Assembly: GCA_964390645.1 (NCBI GenBank) | Contig: CAYMLL010000001.1 | Span: 35,045 to 99,044 of the forward strand | From: an uncultured Planctomycetia bacterium | GTDB taxonomy: Bacteria > Planctomycetota > UBA8108 | DNA length: 64,000 nt | Reading direction: 5' to 3' | In this document: piece by piece, positions 49,780-58,132 of the stretch | Position numbering within the stretch: the first letter of the stretch is position 1 | How the letters are laid out: each line of letters opens with the position of its first letter | The notes under the pieces: generated by a model | Databases searched by the model: none | What the model was told of the DNA's origin: nothing | The model's input: only the letters and a program-made list of their open reading frames with translations | Translations under genes and position numbers: made by a program

Positions 49780-51339
49780 TCAGCTGAAGATCGCCTTGAA
49801 GATGTAGAAGAAGATGATCGCCAGGAGGGCCCCCGCAGGAAGGGTCACGACCCAGGATACGGCGATGTCCCGGACGACACGGAGGTTGAGCGCTCCAATG
49901 CCGCGCGCGAAGCCAACGCCGAGAACGGCGCCGACGAGCGTATGCGTCGTCGAGATCGGCATCCCCGCCCGTGACGCGACGAGGATCGTCACCGCGGCAC
50001 CGAATTCCGCGGAAAAACCACGAGTAGGCGTCAGCTCGGTGATCTTCTTGCCGATGGTCTCGATGACACGCCAGCCCCACATCGCCAGCCCGGCGACGAT
50101 TCCGACGCCTCCGATCGAGAACAGCAGCAGCGTCCAGCCGGTGCTGAGTCCGGAAGCCTTCTCGAGAACGTTGCGGTCGAGCACGCTCACGACACCACTG
50201 AGCGGGCCGATGGAGTTCGCAACGTCGTTGGCGCCGTGAGCGAACGCCACCGTGCAGGCGCTGAGAATCTGGAGGTAAACGAAGATCTTCTCCGTCGCAC
50301 GAATCTGTGGCGTGCCCCACTGCCGTGCCGACTTGTTTGCCTCTGTCGCCTCTTCGAGTTCGCGGGAGAGAGCCTCCACATCGGAGTCCCAGGTGTCGAT
50401 CCGCTTCTCGACATCGCCGTACGCCACCTCCCTGACTCGCTTCAAACGACTGCGAATCTTCGTCAGCTCCTCTTGAATCAACGGGTTCTGGAGCTCTCGA
50501 TCGTTCTCCCCCGACGCCGGCACCGCTTGCACCCGGTTGACGAGCGGAATGGAGATCAGTGCAGCAACGATACCGATCGGAATCGAGATGAACAGAGCGG
50601 TCGAGAACTCGATCTTGTCCAGGCCGAGCGGCTTCAACCCCTTGTACACGGTCACCAGAGCGATGATCGTGAAGACGATCGCGACCATCACCGGCGCCAG
50701 CCGTTTCGCCGCGGAAACCATGTCCTTCTTGAACAGGATCGTCCGCTGGATGATCAGGAACACGGCACACGAAAGAATGCCCGACATCACCGGCGAGACG
50801 AACCAGCTCGCGATGATGTCACGGACCTTGCCCCACGCGATCATGTCCAGGTTCCCCCAGAAGATCACGACTCCGAACCCCAGCACCGACCCGACAATGC
50901 TGTGCGTCGTCGACACGGGCAGACCGAAGTAGGTGGCGATCATCAACCACGTCGCGGCTGCCAACAGCGCCCCCATCATGCCGTAGACGTATAGCTGGAG
51001 ACCGTCGGGAATCTGCATCAGCTGATCGAGCGGAAGGATACCCTTACGAATCGTCTCGCTGACGTGCCGTCCGACGAGAAACGCTCCGGCAAATTCGAGC
51101 ACGCCCGCGACGACGATCGCTTGCTTGAGCGTCAGAGCCTTCGAGCCAACGGACGTCCCCATGGCATTGGCAACATCGTTCGCACCGATGCTCCACGCCA
51201 TGTAGAAGCCACTGACCAGAGCGATCCCCATGATGATCGACGAGGTCATGCTCGAGAAGAGCTGCCCGCCCTGCTCGGCCGCCGCCTGAGCGATCAGTGT
51301 CGATAGCGTTTCCAGCATCGCGGTAGAAACCGTGTTCAA
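49780..51339 (-). CDS. pit: Inorganic phosphate transporter, PiT family
   Basis: It has a duplicated GANDVANAMGTSVGS / GANDVANSIGP signature and 10-12 TM helices, with a central cytoplasmic loop bearing a coiled-coil. Confidence 0.85.
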   Translation of the reverse strand: MNTVSTAMLETLSTLIAQAAAEQGGQLFSSMTSSIIMGIALVSGFYMAWSIGANDVANAMGTSVGSKALTLKQAIVVAGVLEFAGAFLVGRHVSETIRKGILPLDQLMQIPDGLQLYVYGMMGALLAAATWLMIATYFGLPVSTTHSIVGSVLGFGVVIFWGNLDMIAWGKVRDIIASWFVSPVMSGILSCAVFLIIQRTILFKKDMVSAAKRLAPVMVAIVFTIIALVTVYKGLKPLGLDKIEFSTALFISIPIGIVAALISIPLVNRVQAVPASGENDRELQNPLIQEELTKIRSRLKRVREVAYGDVEKRIDTWDSDVEALSRELEEATEANKSARQWGTPQIRATEKIFVYLQILSACTVAFAHGANDVANSIGPLSGVVSVLDRNVLEKASGLSTGWTLLLFSIGGVGIVAGLAMWGWRVIETIGKKITELTPTRGFSAEFGAAVTILVASRAGMPISTTHTLVGAVLGVGFARGIGALNLRVVRDIAVSWVVTLPAGALLAIIFFYIFKAIFS

Positions 51340-51351
51340 AATCGGTGAAAG

Positions 51352-52024
51352 CTACTTGGCGATAAGGAGGCGCAGCCGATTGGCCATGCGCTCGGCTCCA
51401 TTTGCCAGATCCCCCAGCTTCGCAGTGACACGCATCCAGAGCAGGACCTCGACCGCGCCGATCTCATTCTCGAGTCCGACGACGATCTTCATCGCGGCGA
51501 GCTCGGAGGAGTCCGCGACCGTCTCGTCCTGGTTCAGGTTCTCGATCATCGCGAGCACCTTCTCGGCCTCCTCGCCGCCGAAGGACGACTCGACGAGCTC
51601 GTCGAACTCCTGAACGATGTCGGCCGCCTCGTGACAAACCCGACACGCGTCGGAGACGAGCTGGTTCAGCGGCTCCTTCAGATCCTCATGACACGACAGC
51701 CTCCGCAAGCTCAGCAGCGACCCGAGGTCCTGGCAGGTGTCGGCGATGGAGTCGATAACCTCCACGATCTCGAGAAGATCGCGACGGTCGATCGGAAGGA
51801 AGATGCTCTTCGGCAGATGTCCCCGGATGTCGTTCTTGACCCCGTCAGCTTCTGATTCGAGATCGTAGATCTCGCGGTTGAGCCGATCGAACTCCGGCAT
51901 GTTGCCGTCAGCAACCGCACCGATCAGGGCCGGAATACGCTCGACGCAAGCACGCGCCTTCTCCATGTGCTCCTGGACCGGTTTGAAAGGACTACGACCG
52001 AACAACGCCGCGAGGGCTTTCATC
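51352..52024 (-). CDS. DUF47 / TIGR00153-family PhoU-like protein (PiT-associated regulator)
   Basis: ORF 51352..52107, with the start at MKALAALFG (52024). The DUF47 layout (HMEKARACVERIP...EIYDLESEADGVKNDIRGHL...) is immediately upstream of pit, as in ykaA-pit pairs. Confidence 0.75.
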
Positions 52025-52406
52025 GTCAGAAATTCTCCTGTCTCAAACCAGGCCCCATCTCGTAGTCCGAACGCTGAGTATGTGGTTCCGACGCTCCACG
52101 AAACCAAAAGAGCGGCCGTGAACGGCAGATACGCTACGCCGGAATATTCAAGAGGTCATGAAGACTTTATTAAGCTTTCGTGAATTTCAATCTCGTCGGG
52201 AACCCGGCTACGACACGTCCCCCTTCCCACCACGTCGACGAGTGCGGACTGTCGAGATTCTGCCACCGTGCCACGAGCGCCGGTCCTCGCGCAATCCGGT
52301 GACGCGACCCGGTGACGCGTCCGGTTCCACGGACCTCACCAGGAAGCCCTCCAGGTACGAGCGTGGCAGCGCCCCCGGCGACGAAATCGCAAACTCTCGA
52401 GCTCGC

Positions 52407-55400
52407 TCAGAGCCCGTCGACACACTCGAGCGGCCCGTCGCCGTCCGGGTCCTCGCCAGGGTCGGGGTAGGGAGCTGCGGGCGGCGGGCCCTGCTGAAAC
52501 AGGTGCGCGAGGATGCGCACGGCGTCGGTGAGATCGACGGTCTCGTCGTTGTCGGCGTCCCCGGCGTCTCGACAGTTCGACTCGAGCCCCGAGAAGAGAT
52601 GGCGCAGGATGGCGACCGGATCGCTGATGTCGACCACGCCATCGAGGTTGAAGTCGCCGCGGATGAACCGCGGAGGCAGTCCCAGCGCGGTGAACTCGAG
52701 ACGGTTGGAGTCGCCGCTGCCGAAATTGCGCGCGGTGATCGTCGCCGGGCCGGCGTCGACGAGCGGCACCTCGGCGACCAGCACGCCGGGATCGGCGCCG
52801 GGGTCATGGGTGACGAGCGGCGACAGCACACCCCCGAAGAAGACCTCGATGCCCGCGTGGAGCTCGCTGCCGCGAATGGTCACGCTGTCTCCCGGACGTG
52901 CCTCGACAGGCTCCACCGTCGTGAGCACCGGCGGCGGCAAGCCGAAGGTCGTCGTCACCGTGATCGAATCCGTCGCCGTGACCTCCCCGCTCGTCGCCAC
53001 CCCGAGTAGCCGAACGTCGTTCTCCCCGGAGACGAGCGGCACGGTGATGCGCCATCGCGACAGACTAGACCACGTGATCTGCGAACGCTCCTCGAGCCCG
53101 TCGACGAGAATCGACTGCACGTCGATGCCTGCGTCGCCCTCGAGGTCTACCGTCGGAGTATCGAGCGCCAGATCCGCACCACCGTTTGTCGTGATGCGAA
53201 AGGCCACCGGGGCCGGCAGCCGACCCCGCACAAAGCGACCGCGCTGGCCGATGTAGTTGAGGATCCCCCCGAAGTTCCTGCCAGTCTTGGTACCGTAGTG
53301 CTCGGTCCAGTGACGCATGTAGTCCGTGTTGTAGACCCGGTCGATGATGTCATCGAGGTGGCCGTAGAACCTTCGAAGGTTGCCGGGCAGCTCGATGATC
53401 CGACGCAGATTCTGGTCACCGTAGAGGGATGCGCCCGTGCCCCGCGTGAACGAGAAGTCGGCGTCCCACATCATGACCAGCACCTTGCCGTCTGACGGAC
53501 GCACGTAGTGCATGTTGTTGTGGTTGTTGCCAAAGGTGTAGCTGTCGTTGATGCCGGTCAGCGAGTAGACGGCGAAGACGCGCATCCACTCGTCGACATC
53601 CATGGTCGCCTCGGTGGCGGCATCCAGCTGCGAACGCGGAGCGCTGAACGCCTTCGACATGCCGATGAACTGCCGGTAGTCATCACGGGAGCGATTGTTG
53701 CGGATCAGGAAGTTCCAGCGGTAGACCTCCTTGTCGTCACCCCAGTCGCGAATGTCCGCGCCGATGACCCCGTCCGGCAGCGGGATCTTGTAGCCGTTCC
53801 CGTCGGCGGTCGTCGGGTGATAGATGAGCTCGAGCTTGAAGAGAGTACCGTCCCGCCCGTTCTCGAACGCGGACTCGAGAAAGACGTCGTTGTACCGTGC
53901 CATGAGAAGGAGCGCATAGCTGGTGTGCTGCCGACGCGGCGCGATGACACGAACGAGATCGTCGTACATCGCCGGGATACCGCCCGCGTAGTTCGCCGTA
54001 TGCTTGACGAGGATCTCGTCCTGCGACTGGATCGGCACGAGCCCGGACCACCCACCGGAGCGGTCCATAGCGATGCTGCGATGCACACCTCGAAACAGGT
54101 GGTCGGCGGGAAAACGGATGTTGAAGCTGACACGGTTGGTGTCGGGCCGACCGCGCTCGCTGCCGCGCAGACGCACGCCAGCGTCGTAGAACACCTCCTC
54201 TTCATTGTAGACGACCGTTGTCCCCACCGGATCGTTCGACATCAGCTCGATCGAGGCGTAGAGGCGTGATATGTCGGCCGGGGTCATGATGATCCGGACG
54301 TTGTGGACGGAGCCGAGCCGAGCCTGCCCGTCGTTCGTCCGGTAGAGTGCCCTCGAGTCACGGCCGCCGTCGGGATAGGTCGACGATGCACCGAGCCCGT
54401 CCTCCGCCTCGACATAAAACTGCACCGTACGCGATGACGACTGGCCGGGTATCGTGCCCCGGTAGCGGCCTGCGGCGAGGCTCATCGAAGCGCTGCGCCA
54501 GGCCCCTCCCTCGACGGAGTACCGGAGCTGCACGCTATCGACGCCGTCGGGATCATCGACGCCAACGCTGACAACGACCGGCTCTCCAGAGGCCGGAACC
54601 ACAGGAGCATGCATCATGCCGTCGTAGGTCGGGCCGATGTTGGCCTGGCGCCGGGAGTTCTCCGCACCCGGCGTTCCCGCGCGCTCGGAGACCGTCACCA
54701 GCGTCGTTCGTGGACAGCGGTTGAAATAGAGCCGCGTGTGCACCTGGTTCGAGCCGACGACCCACCTGGCACGAAACGAGATCTCGTACGTACGACCGTT
54801 GGTGACGCCGATGTTGTTCGCGAGCGTCCGCTCGACGTGATTGTGCATGTGCTCGGTCGCGCCGGTTGCAACGAGACGCAGCACCCGATTGCCCGGGTCA
54901 TCGGGATCCGTGATGACCTCACTGTGGCGATGCGTGCCCAGAAAACGCCATCCGGAGCTACCGCTCGCAAAGCTGCCGTTCTGGATGAGCTGGCGCTCGG
55001 CGCCGCCGGGATTCTCGATGACGCTGATGTCGTCGACCAGCACCTCGCCGCCGTCCAGAAGTCCGAGGCAGAAGTCTCGCCACCGTGTCGGGCCTATGTT
55101 GGCCCTCGCGGGCTGCGTGTAGACGTACGTCGTCCACTGCGTCTTGTCGCTCTCGTCGCTGGCGGCCCAGACCTCGGGACGCGAGTTGTCGGCGTCGGGG
55201 TCGCGCAGCTCGATGCTCGCGCCGCCTCCATCAGCGGCGCCCGGCCACGGCTGGCGGTCGTGGTAGCGCACGACGTCGGCCACGTTGCCGTTCCGATCCT
55301 CGAGGACGAGTCGGTCGCTGCGCCCGGACAGGTTGCCCTCGAAGTCCCCGACGATCGGGATGTCGGGGTGGAGCCCCTCGAGGAAGACCCGGTCACCGGC

Positions 55401-57860
55401 GACGACGAGGTAGCCACCTGCCGGAATGGTCTGGCCGTCCTCGAACTCGTAGCGAATACCACGAGTCATCCTCCACCCGCTGAGATCAACCGTCGAGGTG
55501 CCCCGATTGTGGAGCTCCACCCAGGCCTCGGGGGACTCCGTCGGATCGCCGCCCGCGACGTCGACGATCTCACGGGCACTGACCTCGAGTCCGAAGACGA
55601 CGTCGCTCGAGCCGGCTGTTCTCTGGTGCACCTCGACCGCGATCACGTTGCGCCCGCTTCGCAAGCTCGCCGCCGACACCGCGAAGGGACCGGCGAAGGT
55701 CGCGTCACCGATAGCCGCAGCGGCCAGTGTCGCGGGCGTCACCGGGCCGTCAGGCATCCCCTGCCGCAGTACTTCGACACCATTGAGATAGAAGACCGCG
55801 CCGTCATCGATGACGCTCCGGAAGAAGATCTCGGTGGCTGCGGGGTCACCGTCAAAGTCGAACTCCCCGCGAAAGTAGTAGGTGATCGCGCCGAGTGGCA
55901 ACTCCGTACCCCTGGGAGCGGGCAAGCCGCCGGACTCGTGGTAGAGCAGCGCGTCGCCGACCTCCCAGCCCGCATCATCGAACGTCGACTGTCGCCAGCC
56001 ACTCCCCTGACCGTCGCCACTCGCGTCGAAGCGCCACTCGCTGGCGATCGGCACGATCACGTCGCCGATCACGGTCCCGGCGCTCGGCGCCGGCTCGTTG
56101 CGCGGGTTGTAAAAGATCTCGTTGATGACGATCTCGTCGTGAAAAGAGAACGTGTTGGCGCTACCGAAGGTCGGTCCGTCCGGCACGGCAAGCTCGTTGC
56201 CGCCGTCCGGCGAGCGACCCCGTCGTCCGTCCTTCAAGCGTAGCGCATCGACGACCGCCCCCTTGCCACGGGTGTAGAGAAAGAGACGGGAGTCCACGAC
56301 GAGCGCAAAACCGAGTTCCGTCGCCGTCAGCACGTGAAACGCGCCCGTCTCGAGCGTCACCGCCCCGAAGACGTGCTCGCCGACCGTCGTGCCGTGCGCC
56401 TCCAGCACCCAGCCCTCGAGGGAGACCCGCGGACCGGTGTTGTAGAGCTCGATGCGACCCTCTCCCGCCGTGGGAATCTCGGTCTCGTTGATCACGACGC
56501 CGATGTCGCTCGTATCGACCTGTCCGCCGCCACCCGAGAAATAATCTCCTCCGCCCTGCGTCAGGGAGCGATGGTCGGCAATTTCGGCGGCGTTGAGAGC
56601 TCGCTCCCAGATCGCTACCTCGTCGAGCACCCCGGTGAACGGTTCTCGCCGGCCGCTCATGTTGCCGATGTAGGCCGTCGCGATGCCTCCCGAAGTGATC
56701 GTATCACCCGGTGTCAGCACCGTCGTGAAGGCCTCGGCGCCATCGACCCAGATCGTCTTCTCGCCGGTCGATGCTCGATAGGTCGCAGCGACGTGATGCG
56801 TGCTCCCGTCCTTCAGCCCGGCAAGCGTCGGTCGACCCGCCACGCCGTCGAGGGGCATGTCGAGCTCACTGTAGGTGCCACCGATGTTCAGACCGAACGA
56901 CAGCGTGGGCTGTACAGCAGGCGAGATCGCGACGTCACGGGTCCCCGTGTTTCCATCGTGCTGGAACGAGAAGAAGATCCTGCGGCTGCCGTCCTCCTTG
57001 CGGAAAATCTGGTCGTGGTCGTCGACCGCGCCGCTCCACTCGGGACGGATCAGCGCCTCGATCGTGATGCCGCCCGACATCGAGAAGCTGTCCCCCTCGC
57101 CGTTGCCGACGTTGACGAGAGCGTTCGAACTGTTGTCCAGATCGATCGCGCCGTCGCCGACGAGCCCGTCGACCCTGCGGACACCCGAGCCCAGGTTGCC
57201 GTGGTTGCCGCCGACAGCATCGACGGCCTGGCCGCTCGACTCGTCGAAACTCCAGTAGGACACGAGTCCCTGCGCATTCGTCGGCGGCGGCTCGTCCCCG
57301 TCTGCAAAGTTGACCCGTCCGGGCGTGCCGCCGATCTCCGCGCTCGACGTCCAGCTGGCAGTGCGCGAGCTGCGCGTGTCCGGATCGATCTTGGCCAGCG
57401 ACACCCCGGAACCGTCAGCGGACACCGGCCATTCGCCGCCGACACCGTAGCTGACGCGGTCCATCCAGCGGCCGTTGTGGTCGCGAAGCTCGAGACGCTC
57501 ACCGGCGTTGCTCAACCGTCCGACGAAGGGGCCGAAGGCGCCCGGGTAGCCGGTCTCGGCCTCGAGCGCGGCGGGGTCGAGCGCGACGACGATGTAGTCG
57601 CCACCTTCGACGATCGTCCCCGCGGGAAACTGGTAGAAGACGCCGTCAGACAGGTACCAGCTCGAGATGTCAACGTCCACCGCCATCTGGTTGTGGAGCT
57701 CGATCCACTCCAGCTGCACCTCGCTGGTGGCAGGGTGGTACTGGATCTCGTTGAAGACGACGATGCTGTCCGCTCGCCCGGCGCCTGTCCAGGTGAACAA
57801 GAACCCGAAGAGCGCCGCACCCATCAACGCGGTGTGAGATTGCCTCTGGCCTGCACTCAT
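52407..57860 (-). CDS. Giant secreted multi-LTD / LamG-like / CotH kinase-like / IPT protein with C-terminal dockerin-like pair (1,818 aa)
   Basis: ORF 52407..58319, with the start at MSAGQRQSHTALMGAALFGFLFTWTGAGRA (57860). LTD1 is VVFNEIQYHP...EWIELHNQMAVDVDISSWYLSDG. A LamG-like stretch is LVSYWSFDESSGQAVDAVGGNHGNL...ITIEALIRPEW. Further LTDs include AWVELHNRGTSTVDLSGWRMT. The CotH core is VFYDAGVRLRGSERGRPDTNRVSFNIRF...YALLLMARYND...LFKLELIYHP...WNFLIRNN...VLVMMWDADFSF. There are IPT-like repeats (VTIRGSELHAGIEVFFGG). The dockerin pair is GDFNLDGVVDISDPVAILRHLFSG and DADNDETVDLTDAVRILAHLFQQG. Confidence 0.8.
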   Translation of the reverse strand: MSAGQRQSHTALMGAALFGFLFTWTGAGRADSIVVFNEIQYHPATSEVQLEWIELHNQMAVDVDISSWYLSDGVFYQFPAGTIVEGGDYIVVALDPAALEAETGYPGAFGPFVGRLSNAGERLELRDHNGRWMDRVSYGVGGEWPVSADGSGVSLAKIDPDTRSSRTASWTSSAEIGGTPGRVNFADGDEPPPTNAQGLVSYWSFDESSGQAVDAVGGNHGNLGSGVRRVDGLVGDGAIDLDNSSNALVNVGNGEGDSFSMSGGITIEALIRPEWSGAVDDHDQIFRKEDGSRRIFFSFQHDGNTGTRDVAISPAVQPTLSFGLNIGGTYSELDMPLDGVAGRPTLAGLKDGSTHHVAATYRASTGEKTIWVDGAEAFTTVLTPGDTITSGGIATAYIGNMSGRREPFTGVLDEVAIWERALNAAEIADHRSLTQGGGDYFSGGGGQVDTSDIGVVINETEIPTAGEGRIELYNTGPRVSLEGWVLEAHGTTVGEHVFGAVTLETGAFHVLTATELGFALVVDSRLFLYTRGKGAVVDALRLKDGRRGRSPDGGNELAVPDGPTFGSANTFSFHDEIVINEIFYNPRNEPAPSAGTVIGDVIVPIASEWRFDASGDGQGSGWRQSTFDDAGWEVGDALLYHESGGLPAPRGTELPLGAITYYFRGEFDFDGDPAATEIFFRSVIDDGAVFYLNGVEVLRQGMPDGPVTPATLAAAAIGDATFAGPFAVSAASLRSGRNVIAVEVHQRTAGSSDVVFGLEVSAREIVDVAGGDPTESPEAWVELHNRGTSTVDLSGWRMTRGIRYEFEDGQTIPAGGYLVVAGDRVFLEGLHPDIPIVGDFEGNLSGRSDRLVLEDRNGNVADVVRYHDRQPWPGAADGGGASIELRDPDADNSRPEVWAASDESDKTQWTTYVYTQPARANIGPTRWRDFCLGLLDGGEVLVDDISVIENPGGAERQLIQNGSFASGSSGWRFLGTHRHSEVITDPDDPGNRVLRLVATGATEHMHNHVERTLANNIGVTNGRTYEISFRARWVVGSNQVHTRLYFNRCPRTTLVTVSERAGTPGAENSRRQANIGPTYDGMMHAPVVPASGEPVVVSVGVDDPDGVDSVQLRYSVEGGAWRSASMSLAAGRYRGTIPGQSSSRTVQFYVEAEDGLGASSTYPDGGRDSRALYRTNDGQARLGSVHNVRIIMTPADISRLYASIELMSNDPVGTTVVYNEEEVFYDAGVRLRGSERGRPDTNRVSFNIRFPADHLFRGVHRSIAMDRSGGWSGLVPIQSQDEILVKHTANYAGGIPAMYDDLVRVIAPRRQHTSYALLLMARYNDVFLESAFENGRDGTLFKLELIYHPTTADGNGYKIPLPDGVIGADIRDWGDDKEVYRWNFLIRNNRSRDDYRQFIGMSKAFSAPRSQLDAATEATMDVDEWMRVFAVYSLTGINDSYTFGNNHNNMHYVRPSDGKVLVMMWDADFSFTRGTGASLYGDQNLRRIIELPGNLRRFYGHLDDIIDRVYNTDYMRHWTEHYGTKTGRNFGGILNYIGQRGRFVRGRLPAPVAFRITTNGGADLALDTPTVDLEGDAGIDVQSILVDGLEERSQITWSSLSRWRITVPLVSGENDVRLLGVATSGEVTATDSITVTTTFGLPPPVLTTVEPVEARPGDSVTIRGSELHAGIEVFFGGVLSPLVTHDPGADPGVLVAEVPLVDAGPATITARNFGSGDSNRLEFTALGLPPRFIRGDFNLDGVVDISDPVAILRHLFSGLESNCRDAGDADNDETVDLTDAVRILAHLFQQGPPPAAPYPDPGEDPDGDGPLECVDGL

Positions 57861-58132
57861 GTGCCTCTCGATCCCGGTCGACCCGAAAGCACCGAGACTA
57901 CGCTGCGGGAGAGGTTGCGGCAAGCTCCTCGTGAAACGACTGGCAGATCTTGCGCAGCTCCCCACGGACCCGCTACCATGAACGGCCTGGAGGGATCTTC
58001 CGGCTCGCCTTCCTGAACACCGCCGCCACAGCCACGGCGACGAGGACGGGAACGACGACCCCGGAACCGCGACGAGGACGGCAACGGGACCCGGAAACGG
58101 CGACCCCGGAACAGGGTACAGGGAGACAAGGA

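Noticed and set aside
48700-52100. Possible second lower-GC island covering the phosphate module
   Set aside because: GC is only modestly lower (~58-60%). The genes are conserved housekeeping-type (PiT, PhoU, DUF47) with no mobility markers, so this is more likely ordinary compositional variation.
54609-58016. Two long + strand ORFs (544 aa and 560 aa) antisense to the 1,818-aa CotH giant
   Set aside because: They are antisense to a gene with continuous domain architecture. No motifs.
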